DNA from: Acidobacteriota bacterium
GTDB lineage: Bacteria; Acidobacteriota; Vicinamibacteria; Vicinamibacterales; UBA823
Direction: 5' to 3'
Assembly (NCBI GenBank): GCA_002730525.1
Contig: PCAK01000007.1
Coordinates: 1,409 to 65,408, forward strand
DNA length: 64,000 nucleotides
The position numbers were made by a program, and so were the translations under genes. The notes beneath the pieces were generated by a model. The model saw only the letters and a list, made by a program, of their open reading frames with translations. It had not been told where the DNA came from and did not search any database. Of the stretch, positions 49,409 through 58,504 are shown piece by piece (position 1 is the stretch's first letter; every line of letters starts with the position of its first letter).

Positions 49409-50575
49409 ATGTCGTTTTCGCGACGCGCGTTTGTGAAGACTCTCGGGATCGGGGGCGCAGCCGCGCTCTCGAGCAGCTACATCCCGAGGGCGTACGATCT
49501 GCCTTCGTTCTGGACCCCGACCCTGCTCGCGCAGGAAGGTCCGCTCCTGCTACATAACAACGAGAACCCGCTCGGCCCCGGCGACAGGGTGCTCAACGCG
49601 ATCCGCGAGCACATCGCACCGGACGGCGCGACGATCGGCCGGTACCCGTTCGCACTGACGGGCGGTCTGGCGCGGGCAATCGCCCAGCGGTTCGACGTCG
49701 AGCCCGGCAACATCATCATGGGCACCGGTTCAACGCAGGCGCTGCGGACGGCCACCCAGGTCTACACCAGCCCGACGAAGGCGCTCGTCACCGCCACCCC
49801 GACCTACGAGGAGTGCACGCAGTACGCGCAACTCATCGGCTCGGCCGTCGTCGAGGTCGGCCTCAACGAGAACCTGGAACTCGATCTCGACGAGATGGCG
49901 GCGGCGGCTCGAGGCGCTGGGATGGTGTTCCTGAACAATCCCAACAACCCGACGGCGACCGTCCACCCCGAGGATGCGGTGAACGGGTTCATCGACGACG
50001 TGCTCACGGCATCGCCCGATACGATGATCCTCGTCGACGAGGCGTATCACGACTACGTGACCGACCCACGCCACGTGTCGCAGATTCCGCATGCGGTGCG
50101 GAATCCCAAGGTGATGGCCGCGCGCACGTTCTCGAAGGCGCACGGCATGGCCGGCATGCGCGTCGGTTACATGATCGCCCACGAGGACACCGTGCGCGAG
50201 TTGTCGCCGTGGCACAGCTTCAACACGATGAATACGCCGGGGATCCTCGGCGCCACCATCTCGATCCTCGACACGCAGCGGCTCGAGGAAGAGGCGGCGC
50301 GCAACACCGAAGCTCGCCAGTACACGATCGACTGGTTCAAGAACGCGGGCTTCGACGCCACTGATTCGCAGTGCAACTTCATCTTCGTCAAGACGGGTAT
50401 GAACGCGCAGGAATTCCGCGATGGTGCCCGTGAGAATGGCGTGATGGTCGGCCGGAACTTCCCGCCGTACCAGGAAGAGTGGGCGCGAATCTCGATCGGC
50501 ACGCTCGAGCAGATGCAGCAGGCCACCGAGGCGTTCGCCAAGGTCCTGCGCGTCAACGCCACAGCGGCCGCCTAA
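49409..50575 (+). CDS. HisC-like PLP aminotransferase with Tat signal peptide
   Basis: ATG 49409 with GAGGAGGA RBS: MSFSRRAFVKTLGIGGAAALSSSYIP.... NENPLGPG, NPNNPTAT and TFSKAHGMAGMRVGY are present. By eye it is roughly half identical to the upstream paralogue in the aligned core. Confidence 0.8.
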   Translation: MSFSRRAFVKTLGIGGAAALSSSYIPRAYDLPSFWTPTLLAQEGPLLLHNNENPLGPGDRVLNAIREHIAPDGATIGRYPFALTGGLARAIAQRFDVEPGNIIMGTGSTQALRTATQVYTSPTKALVTATPTYEECTQYAQLIGSAVVEVGLNENLELDLDEMAAAARGAGMVFLNNPNNPTATVHPEDAVNGFIDDVLTASPDTMILVDEAYHDYVTDPRHVSQIPHAVRNPKVMAARTFSKAHGMAGMRVGYMIAHEDTVRELSPWHSFNTMNTPGILGATISILDTQRLEEEAARNTEARQYTIDWFKNAGFDATDSQCNFIFVKTGMNAQEFRDGARENGVMVGRNFPPYQEEWARISIGTLEQMQQATEAFAKVLRVNATAAA

Positions 50576-50589
50576 CGTTCCACCGACTC

Positions 50590-50626
50590 GGCGCATCCGA
50601 TTCCCGATGCGCCGGGTCGTTTTGTC
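50590..50626 (+). terminator. Candidate intrinsic terminator after the aminotransferase pair
   Basis: ggcgcatc-cgattccc-gatgcgcc (8-bp stem, 50590..50613) is followed by gggtcgttttgtctc, a partial T-run. Confidence 0.4.
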
Positions 50627-50689
50627 TCTGCTCGCGCTACCCGAGCCGGCCCGCAATCGGGCCGTCGGCTTACCCCCTGCCGGATCCCC

Positions 50690-52030
50690 ATGCCCGATCC
50701 GCCCACGACCGAGCTCAAGCGCTCGATGACCCTGGTCCCGGCGACCGCCCTGGTCGTCGGCACGATCATCGGCGCGTCGATCTTCGTGCAGCCGTCGGAG
50801 ATCACCGCGCTGGTGCCCTCGGTCGGCGGCGTGGCGGCTATCTGGCTGGTCGCGGGCATCCTGACCTTCTTCGGGGCGCTGGTCTCCGCGGAGCTGGCTT
50901 CGGCCTTTCCCCGTACCGGCGGCGTCTACGTCTTCCTGAACGAGACCTACTCCCCGGTGCTCGGCTTCCTGTGGGGCTGGGCGATGTTCTGGAGCATGCA
51001 CTCCGGCATCCTCGCCGCCATCGCCGTCGTCTTCGCCCGCTACGTCGCCTTCTTCGTCCCGCTGAGCCCAGTCGGCGTCCAGTTGGTGGCGGCCGGCGCC
51101 ATTCTCGTGCTCTCGGCGATCAACTACCGCGGCATCGAGCACGGCAGCCGGCTGCAGACCGCCTTCACAGTCGGCAAGGTCGCGGCGATCGCGCTGATGA
51201 TCGCCGTGGGTCTGGTGCTCGCGCCTGGAGAAGCGGCGAGCACGACGTCGGTCTCGGCACCGGCGGCCGCAGTAGCGTCCACCCCGATCACGTGGACCGC
51301 CATCGTGCGGGCGCTCATCGCGGGACTCTTCGCGTTCGGCGGGTGGCACATGGTGACCTACGCCGCGGGTGAGACGGTCGACCCGACTCGGACGATCCCG
51401 CGTGCACTGCTTGGCGGCACGGTCATCGTGACGATCTGCTATATCGCGCTGAACGCCGTCTACATGTACGTTCTGCCGATGGACGTGGTCATCTCGTCGT
51501 CACGCGTCGCGGCCGACGCCGCCGATGCGTTGCTCGGGAGCGGCGGCGCCGGATTGATGTCGGGTCTGGTCATCTTCTCGACGTTCGGCGCCCTGAACGG
51601 AATCGTCTTGGCGGGCCCGCGCGTCTACTACTCGATGGCGCAGGACGGCCTGCTGTTCAACTGGGCCGGGCGGGCTCACCCCACGTTCCGGACCCCGCAC
51701 CTGGCCATCGTGCTGCAGGGCGTCTGGGCCTCGGTGCTCGTGTTCACCGGCACGTACAGCCAGCTGTTCTCGCGGGTCATCTACGTCGAGTGGGTCTTCT
51801 TCGGCCTGATGGCACTCGGCCTGTTCATCCTGCGCCGGCGGCCCGACTACACGCCGGCCTACCGAGTACGCGGAGCCGCCGTCATCGCCGGCGTGTTCGC
51901 GCTGTCGTCCGCCATCATCCTGCTCAACCGTTTCCTCACTGAACCGGTCGAGGCTGTCATCGGCCTCGGCATCGTCTTGCTCGGCGTGCCCGTCTACTAC
52001 TTCTGGCTCGCCCGCCCGAAAGGAGCGTGA
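50690..52030 (+). CDS. APC-superfamily amino acid permease
   Basis: 446 aa. GTIIGASIFVQP...SAELASAFPRTGGVYVFLNETYSPVLGFLWGW is typical APC. Confidence 0.8.
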   Translation: MPDPPTTELKRSMTLVPATALVVGTIIGASIFVQPSEITALVPSVGGVAAIWLVAGILTFFGALVSAELASAFPRTGGVYVFLNETYSPVLGFLWGWAMFWSMHSGILAAIAVVFARYVAFFVPLSPVGVQLVAAGAILVLSAINYRGIEHGSRLQTAFTVGKVAAIALMIAVGLVLAPGEAASTTSVSAPAAAVASTPITWTAIVRALIAGLFAFGGWHMVTYAAGETVDPTRTIPRALLGGTVIVTICYIALNAVYMYVLPMDVVISSSRVAADAADALLGSGGAGLMSGLVIFSTFGALNGIVLAGPRVYYSMAQDGLLFNWAGRAHPTFRTPHLAIVLQGVWASVLVFTGTYSQLFSRVIYVEWVFFGLMALGLFILRRRPDYTPAYRVRGAAVIAGVFALSSAIILLNRFLTEPVEAVIGLGIVLLGVPVYYFWLARPKGA

Positions 52031-52037
52031 ACCGTCC

Positions 52038-53015
52038 TTGGCGATCATCGACTTTCATAACCACTTCTACACGCCTGGCTACCTCGCGTCGGTTCGCAAC
52101 GGCGAGACCGCGCTGAAGCACACGACCGACGATGACGGGAACCCGGTGCTGTACTACCCGGGCGACTACAACGTCGTTGTGCCGGGCCACCGCGACGCCG
52201 ACTTCCGCGACCAGGTGATGGCGGAACACGGGATCGACATGCAGGTCCTGACGTTTACGTCACCGGGAACGCATGTTGAGAGCCCCGCCGTCGCCGTGAG
52301 GCTGGCCAGCCAGGTTAACGACGACCTCGCGGCGATCAAAGCCTCGAAGCCTCGGTTCACCGCGCTGGCGACGCTTCCGCTGAACGATCCGCAGGCCTCG
52401 GTCGCCGAACTCGAGCGCGCCATGACGCAGCTCGGGTTCAAGGGGGTCATGCTGTTCAGCAACGTCAATGGCACGGCGTTGAGCGATGAACGGTACTGGC
52501 CGCTCTACGAGAAGGCGAACGAACTGGGTGCGGTCTTCTACATTCACCCGATCCATCCGGTGGGTGTCGAGGCGATGACCGACTACTGGCTGATGCCGCT
52601 GCTCGGCTTCGTCTTCGACACAACGCTGGCCGCGGCGAAGATCGTCTTCAGCGGCGTGGCCGAGCGGTTTCCCCGCATCACCTGGGTGCTGGCGCATCTG
52701 GGCGGGACGGTCCCCTACCTCGCCGAGCGGCTCGACCGGGGGTTTCACGCGTTCGCCGATTGCCGCCAGCACATCGACCGGCCGCCGAGCGACTATCTCA
52801 AGCGCTTCTACTTCGACACCGTGAATTTCGATCCCAAGGCCCTTCAGCTGGCGATCGACTTCGCCGGCGTCGGTCATGTGATCGCCGGAAGCGACTATCC
52901 ACACAAGATCGGCAGCCTGCGGCAGATGCTCGACAGCATCGGCGGCTTGCCGATCTCGGATCAGGACAAAGCCGACATCCTGGGCAACAACACGGCAACT
53001 TTGCTCGGACTCTGA
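52038..53015 (+). CDS. Amidohydrolase-2 family enzyme (ACMSD-like decarboxylase/hydrolase)
   Basis: 325 aa, TTG start. IIDFHNHFY, YIHPIHP, LAHLGG and GSDYPH motifs are present. Confidence 0.8.
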   Translation: MAIIDFHNHFYTPGYLASVRNGETALKHTTDDDGNPVLYYPGDYNVVVPGHRDADFRDQVMAEHGIDMQVLTFTSPGTHVESPAVAVRLASQVNDDLAAIKASKPRFTALATLPLNDPQASVAELERAMTQLGFKGVMLFSNVNGTALSDERYWPLYEKANELGAVFYIHPIHPVGVEAMTDYWLMPLLGFVFDTTLAAAKIVFSGVAERFPRITWVLAHLGGTVPYLAERLDRGFHAFADCRQHIDRPPSDYLKRFYFDTVNFDPKALQLAIDFAGVGHVIAGSDYPHKIGSLRQMLDSIGGLPISDQDKADILGNNTATLLGL

Positions 53016-53187
53016 CCGTATCAGCAGTAAGCAATCGCGCGTTCCGCGCCGTCAAACGATCAGGTTCGGAGGAACGTGCCTTTCATCGTAACGGCGTACG
53101 CGGGTAAGATCGGGCCGCCCCTGGGGGATGCGCGGGTCGACGTCGGCTGAGCCGGGCAGTGGGGCACGCGAACGGTAGACGCTCAGC

Positions 53188-54651
53188 ATGTCAGCAGGAC
53201 TTCTCTCTCGTGAGCGAATCGTGGCCGGCCCGCGATTCAACCGCTGGCTGATCATTCCGGCGGTCGTGGCCATCGAGGCCAGCATCGGCCAGATCTACGC
53301 GTTCAGCATCTTCAATCTCCCGCTCACCCGTGCGGTCGGCATCACCCAATCAACGCCGGACGACTGGCGCCTGACGACCCTGGGCTGGGTCTTCACGCTG
53401 GCGATGGTCTTTCTCGGCCTCTCGGCCGCTTTCGGCGGCAAGTGGGTCGAGGACGTCGGTCCGCGCAAGGCGGGTGTCGTCGCGGCGTTCTGCTGGGGGT
53501 TGGGCTTCTATATCGCCGCGGTCGGCGTGCAGACGCACCAGATCTGGCTGCTCTACCTCGGTTACGGCGTGCTGGGCGGCTGCGGCCTGGGGATCGGCTA
53601 CATCGCACCGGTCACGACACTGGTCCAGTGGTTCCCTGACCGCCGCGGTCTCGCGACCGGGCTGGCGATCATGGGGTTCGGCGGCGGCGCGATCATCGCG
53701 GCGCCGGCGTCGGAGTGGATGCTCACCCTGTTCGCCACCGAGTCGTCGGTGGGCGTCGCCGAAACGTTCGTCGTCCTCGGTACGGTCTACCTCGCGGCGA
53801 TGCTCGTCGCGGCGTTCATGATGCGGGTGTCGCCGCCGGGGTGGAAGCCGGAGGGTTGGACTCCGGTCGCAACAGGACGGATGGTCACGACCCGCAACGT
53901 GCATCCGAGCGAAGCGATCCGGACTCCTCAGTTCTACATGCTCGCGGGCGTGCTGCTGCTCAACGTCACGGCGGGCATCGGGGTCTTCAGCCAGGCATCT
54001 GCCCTGTTTCAGGAAGTCTTCGACGAGTTCTCCGCGGCGTCGGGCGCGATGTTCGTCGGTCTGCTGAGCTTCTTCAACATGGCCGGGCGGCTGTTCTGGG
54101 CGTCGTTCTCCGACAAGATCGGCCGCAAGGCGACGTTCGGGCTGTTCCTGTCGGTGGGCCCGGCGCTCTACGCGCTCGTCCCGGTCGCGGACGATCTGGG
54201 CGGCATGATCCTCTTCGTCGGGTGCTTCGCCGTCATCATCACGATGTACGGCGGCGGCTTCTCGACGATGCCCGCCTATATCGCCGACATCTTCGGCACC
54301 CAGTACGTCGGCGCCATCTTCGGACGAGTGCTGATTGCCCACTCGTGCGCGGCGGTGCTGGGTCCGGTACTGGTCAACTACCTGCGTGAGTTCCAGCTCG
54401 CCAACGGCGTACCGGCCGCGCAGTCGTACAACGTTACGATGTACATCATGGCCGGCCTGCTGGTGCTGGGTTTCTTTGTGAACCGCGCCCTGACGTCGGT
54501 CGATGACGACCGCTACCTCGATGACGCCTCGTCCGAGGAGCAACGGTCCGCCGCGGAAACGGCGACGCCGGCGGCGGGCTCCGCGCAGCGCGCTCGCACA
54601 CCGCTGTCCGACGGACCAGCCGTCCCGGATACCACGACCCCGCGATCCTAG
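53188..54651 (+). CDS. MFS transporter, oxalate/formate antiporter (OFA) family-like
   Basis: 487 aa, 12 TM. NRWLIIPAVVAIEASIGQIYAFSIF...GGKWVEDVGPRKAG...WFPDRRGLATGLAIMGFGGGA matches the OFA pattern. The C-terminal tail is acidic and Pro-rich. Confidence 0.8.
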   Translation: MSAGLLSRERIVAGPRFNRWLIIPAVVAIEASIGQIYAFSIFNLPLTRAVGITQSTPDDWRLTTLGWVFTLAMVFLGLSAAFGGKWVEDVGPRKAGVVAAFCWGLGFYIAAVGVQTHQIWLLYLGYGVLGGCGLGIGYIAPVTTLVQWFPDRRGLATGLAIMGFGGGAIIAAPASEWMLTLFATESSVGVAETFVVLGTVYLAAMLVAAFMMRVSPPGWKPEGWTPVATGRMVTTRNVHPSEAIRTPQFYMLAGVLLLNVTAGIGVFSQASALFQEVFDEFSAASGAMFVGLLSFFNMAGRLFWASFSDKIGRKATFGLFLSVGPALYALVPVADDLGGMILFVGCFAVIITMYGGGFSTMPAYIADIFGTQYVGAIFGRVLIAHSCAAVLGPVLVNYLREFQLANGVPAAQSYNVTMYIMAGLLVLGFFVNRALTSVDDDRYLDDASSEEQRSAAETATPAAGSAQRARTPLSDGPAVPDTTTPRS

Positions 54652-54678
54652 GACACTCGAACTACCCGCGAGGGCGCC

Positions 54679-55317
54679 ATGGCCATCCCTCTGTCGCGCG
54701 GCATCTGGTTGTCGGTCACCGCGACGCTCCTGGTGCTGGGCATCGCGGGCCTGGGCGCCGGCTGGCTACTCCAGCGCTACGAAACGAGCCACGCGTTCGA
54801 CGTCGAAGCGTCGCTCATCGCGGAGGCGCTCGAGTTGAGTGAAGGCGACACGGTCGCCGACATCATCGCCGGCGAGGGCGGCTGGACGATCGACCTGGCA
54901 GAACGGGTCGGCGACGCCGGGCACGTGTACTCGACGGGGAACGACGCCGACGAGACGGCGATCATCGCCGCCGCGATCGAGGCCGCCGGAGTGGGCAACG
55001 TGACGGTTGTCGAGACACCCGGTGAGGCGCTCGAGTTACCGGACGAGTGCTGCGACGCGATGCTCGTCCGCGTGATGTACCACCACATGGCCGATGGATC
55101 CGGCGCGGCCGATCGGATGCGGCAGGCGCTCAGGCCGGGCGGCCTGCTGGCGGTGATCGACTACGGCCGCGACGCGCCCGAGTTCTCGGGCGGCCACGGC
55201 GTCGATCAGGATCAGCTGGTGAACGAGGTGACGGGAGCCGGGCTCGACCTGATGCGGGTCATCGACGACTGGTCGGGCAACGCCTACTGCGCGATCTTCC
55301 GCAGGCCAAACTCCTGA
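54679..55317 (+). CDS. Class I SAM-dependent methyltransferase with N-terminal membrane anchor
   Basis: TM segment IWLSVTATLLVLGIAGLGAGWLL. Motif I is VADIIAGEGGW. The post-I and motif II regions (HVYSTGND...; MLVRVMYHH; LRPGGLLAVIDY) are present. Confidence 0.7.
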   Translation: MAIPLSRGIWLSVTATLLVLGIAGLGAGWLLQRYETSHAFDVEASLIAEALELSEGDTVADIIAGEGGWTIDLAERVGDAGHVYSTGNDADETAIIAAAIEAAGVGNVTVVETPGEALELPDECCDAMLVRVMYHHMADGSGAADRMRQALRPGGLLAVIDYGRDAPEFSGGHGVDQDQLVNEVTGAGLDLMRVIDDWSGNAYCAIFRRPNS

Positions 55318-55417
55318 AGCTCGGGCGTATCCCTTGCGGCCTCCCCGCAGGCCGTTCACAACGTGGTGAGGTAGACTCGCCGCGGTCGACGTGCCAACTT
55401 CCCACGGAGCCTGCATC

Positions 55418-55792
55418 ATGTCGAAACACCCGCTCGTCTGGCTTGCCATCGGCGCGCTCGTCCCGACCGCCCTGCTCGTGGCGCAGCAATCGGAATCTGA
55501 AACGCGCCGGGTCCCTCAGTTCGAGAACGAGCACGTGAGGGCCTGGAAGAGCATCATCCAGCCGAATCAGTCCCTCAGTATGCATCGCCACGAGCACTCC
55601 CGCGCGCTCATCGCGCTGACCGACGGCGACCTCGACATCGTCCAGGATTCGGGTGAGCGGGAGACCGTGCACTGGGAGGCCGGCAACGCCTACTGGCTCA
55701 CGCACAACGAGCCGGATACGATGCACGCCGACGTCAACAATTCGGACGCGGTGATCGAGGTGATCGTCGTCGAACTGAAGAACGATCGATGA
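55418..55792 (+). CDS. Secreted cupin-domain protein
   Basis: ATG 55418 with GGAG RBS. Signal MSKHPLVWLAIGALVPTALLVAQQ. HRHEHSRALIALTDG...HWEAGNAYW is cupin-like. Confidence 0.6.
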   Translation: MSKHPLVWLAIGALVPTALLVAQQSESETRRVPQFENEHVRAWKSIIQPNQSLSMHRHEHSRALIALTDGDLDIVQDSGERETVHWEAGNAYWLTHNEPDTMHADVNNSDAVIEVIVVELKNDR

Positions 55793-55838
55793 TCCGCCGG
55801 CGGGGAACACCCGCCGACCGGTTTGATAGAGTGGCCGC

Positions 55839-58055
55839 GTGGGCCGGAAGCGCAGGCGATCGACACCGCCACCGAGACGCCGCGGCCAACAACTCCCGGA
55901 CGCTCCGCCCCGACCCCGCGCGGCACGGCGCTCCGTCACCAGCGCGACCCTGATCTTCGTCGGGGCCGGGGCCCTGGCGGCCGCAGCCTGGTGGCTCTGG
56001 TCGCCCGGCACGGCCCCTGCGTCCGGGGCACTCCGTGACTCGAACCTGCTGCTCATCACGATCGATACGCTGCGCGCCGACCGTGTTGGGGCGCCCGGCC
56101 TGACGCCGACCCTCGACGCGCTCGGCGAGAGCGGACTCCAGTTCACGCACGTCTACGCCCACGCGCCCGTCACGCTGCCGTCGCACTCGTCGATCATGAC
56201 GGGCCTCGTGCCGCCCGGGCACGGCGTACGCGACAACGGGTCGTTCCGTCTGTCAGAGGCTCACGTGACGCTGGCCGAGCGGCTCGGCGCGGCCGGCTAC
56301 GACACCGGCGCGTTCATCGGCGCGTTCGTCCTCGACTCGCGGTTCGGTCTGGCCCAGGGATTCGCGGAGTACGACGACCGCTTCAACGAGGTCGCACGAT
56401 CCTTCGCCGCCAACTTCGTTCAGCGCCGGGCCCCTGACGTCCTGCGGCGCGCGGCCGACTGGATCGAGGCCGTCGACGATTCTGCCGGCCCACAGGCGGG
56501 TGGCTCGCCCTGGTTCGCCTGGGCGCATCTGTTCGACCCGCACGATCCGTACGACGCGCCCGAGCAGCGGGTCGAGGATCCCTACGACAACGAGGTCGCC
56601 TTCGCCGACGCCGCGATCGGCCGGTTCCTGACCCGACTCCGGCAAGCCGGCGCGCTCGAGGAGACGCTGATCGTCGTCACCAGCGACCACGGTGAGGGGC
56701 TGGGCGACCACGGCGAATCGACGCACAGCTTGTTTGCCTACGACGCGACGCTGCGCGTGCCGCTGATCGTCTCGGGCCCAGGAATCTCGCCGGGTGTCAG
56801 GGAGACGCCGGCATCGCACGTCGACCTCCTGCCGACCATCCTCGACCTCCTGGGCCTGGAGGTGCCGGAAGGTCTGGATGGACGCTCGCTGCGGACCAAC
56901 CCGGAACCGGACCTCCCAGTGCCGCCGATCTATTTCGAAGCGCTCAGCGCGAGTCTAACGCGCAACTGGGCGCCGCTGACCGGAATCGTCGCGGAGGGGT
57001 GGAAGCTGATCGACCTGCCACTGCCGGAGCTGTACGACCTGACCGCGGATCCAGCCGAAGCGACCAACCTGCACGATCGGCAGGCGGGGCGCGCCGGGGA
57101 GATGCGCGGCGTGCTGCAAGCGGTTGGAGAACGCGCGGCCGCCACCGCCTCCAGCGTCCCGGTCGACCCGACGGTCGAGGCGCAGCTCCGGGCGCTCGGC
57201 TATACCAGCGGCCGGGCGGGGCCGATCGATCCAGCCCGCGTCTTCACCGCTGCTGACGACCCGAAACGGCTGCTCGACGTCGACCTGGCCTGGCGTGCGG
57301 TGCTCCGCCGGCTCGCCACTTCCCTCGAGTCGCCTGGCGGCAACGCGGAGGGGCTGTCCGTGCTACGGCAGCACCTCGACGCGTACCCCGGCTTCGCGCC
57401 CGCCTACACGTCGGCAGCGACGTTGCTGATCGAGATGGGCCGCCCGAGGGAGGCCGTCGACCTGCTCGATACCGCGGTCGAACTCGGACAGGCCAACGAC
57501 GCGATTCGCGAGCGTCTCAGTCTGGCGTTGCTGAACGCCGGCGAACCCGGCCGCACAATCGAGATCCTCGAGACCCTCGTGGCCGTGGACGCGCCGTGGG
57601 CGGACGACCTGAATCGGCTCGGCGCCGCCTACGCCGCGCTCGGCCGGATCGACGACGCACGAACCCAGTTCGCCCGTGCGCTCGAACTCGGTCCGACCGC
57701 CGAGATCTGGAAGAACCTCGGTGTCATTGACGTACAAGCGGGCAACGTCGAGAGCGCCGTCCGCGCCTTCCGGGAGTCGACGGGCACCGACCCGACCTAC
57801 GTGCCGGGATGGCGACTGCTGGGGGCGGCGCTCAGGCCGACCGACCCCGATGGTGCGGTCGAGGCGTGGCGCCGCGCGGTCGACCTCTCACCGGGCGACG
57901 TCGACGCGCTCCTCGACCTGACGGCGCTGCTGCACGAAACCGGATCGGCCGGGGACGCCCGGCCCTATCTCGAGCGCTATCTCGAAGCCCAACCGCCCGA
58001 CGCCGCGCGCGTGGTCGAGGTCAGGCGACGCCTCGCGGAACTCTCAGCGCCGTAG
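55839..58055 (+). CDS. Sulfatase-like (alkaline-phosphatase superfamily) domain fused to C-terminal TPR repeats, N-terminal membrane anchor
   Basis: LLLITIDTLRADRVG and PVTLPSHSSIMTG show Thr in place of the Cys/Ser of the FGly motif. VTSDHGEGLGDHGE is present. The last ~280 aa are TPR-like. GTG start. Confidence 0.75.
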   Translation: MGRKRRRSTPPPRRRGQQLPDAPPRPRAARRSVTSATLIFVGAGALAAAAWWLWSPGTAPASGALRDSNLLLITIDTLRADRVGAPGLTPTLDALGESGLQFTHVYAHAPVTLPSHSSIMTGLVPPGHGVRDNGSFRLSEAHVTLAERLGAAGYDTGAFIGAFVLDSRFGLAQGFAEYDDRFNEVARSFAANFVQRRAPDVLRRAADWIEAVDDSAGPQAGGSPWFAWAHLFDPHDPYDAPEQRVEDPYDNEVAFADAAIGRFLTRLRQAGALEETLIVVTSDHGEGLGDHGESTHSLFAYDATLRVPLIVSGPGISPGVRETPASHVDLLPTILDLLGLEVPEGLDGRSLRTNPEPDLPVPPIYFEALSASLTRNWAPLTGIVAEGWKLIDLPLPELYDLTADPAEATNLHDRQAGRAGEMRGVLQAVGERAAATASSVPVDPTVEAQLRALGYTSGRAGPIDPARVFTAADDPKRLLDVDLAWRAVLRRLATSLESPGGNAEGLSVLRQHLDAYPGFAPAYTSAATLLIEMGRPREAVDLLDTAVELGQANDAIRERLSLALLNAGEPGRTIEILETLVAVDAPWADDLNRLGAAYAALGRIDDARTQFARALELGPTAEIWKNLGVIDVQAGNVESAVRAFRESTGTDPTYVPGWRLLGAALRPTDPDGAVEAWRRAVDLSPGDVDALLDLTALLHETGSAGDARPYLERYLEAQPPDAARVVEVRRRLAELSAP

Positions 58056-58393
58056 TCGGCGCCTCGCACCATCGCACGCCTCGGTTGCACGACGCTCCCC
58101 TTGGGAGGGCGGAGCCGTGATGCATGTTGCCCGGCGAGTAATTACCTTAACTTATTGATATAACAGGTCTTAAGCCTACATTCTCTAGATCCATGTGTTT
58201 GAATATCCGGGCCGAGACTAGGCGAAAAACAGCCCGTTTTCGGCCTCGATCCAACGTATTGAAGCAACCTTCTGGTTTTTGGGTATTTCAGACGTTCGAG
58301 AAGAAAATTTCCTTCATTTCAGGCCTGTTTTTACGGATCCGCCCTGGCGTAAAATTTGCACTATTGCCGACCGGTGGTTTGGGAAAATTTTTC

Positions 58394-58423
58394 TTGCACG
58401 AGCACGGAAAAAAGGCCTAGAAT
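58394..58423 (+). promoter_or_regulatory. Sigma-70-like promoter candidate for the TonB-dependent receptor gene
   Basis: TTGCAC (58394..58399), 18 nt spacer, TAGAAT (58418..58423). It lies ~80 nt upstream of ATG 58505 within an AT-rich ~400 nt leader region. Confidence 0.35.
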
Positions 58424-58504
58424 CACCCGTTTTCGCAAGGTGGAAGTAAGAATTCTTCGTTTTGTCCACTGTCGTTCGGGGTTGTTGTTGAGGAGGGAAA
58501 CCGT

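Noticed and set aside
53131-53166. Possible third copy of the 10864/47651 repeat (gcgcgggtcg...agtggggcac) upstream of the MFS transporter gene.
   Set aside because: Only two ~10-nt blocks match, separated by unrelated sequence, and the hairpins are not preserved. It could be chance in GC-rich DNA, so it is mentioned only as a lead.
58193-58420. 75-aa ORF (MCLNIRAETRRKTARFRP...) inside the AT-rich region upstream of the TonB receptor gene.
   Set aside because: It has no RBS, no GC3 bias and odd composition, and it overlaps the promoter candidate. It is more likely non-coding leader or regulatory DNA.
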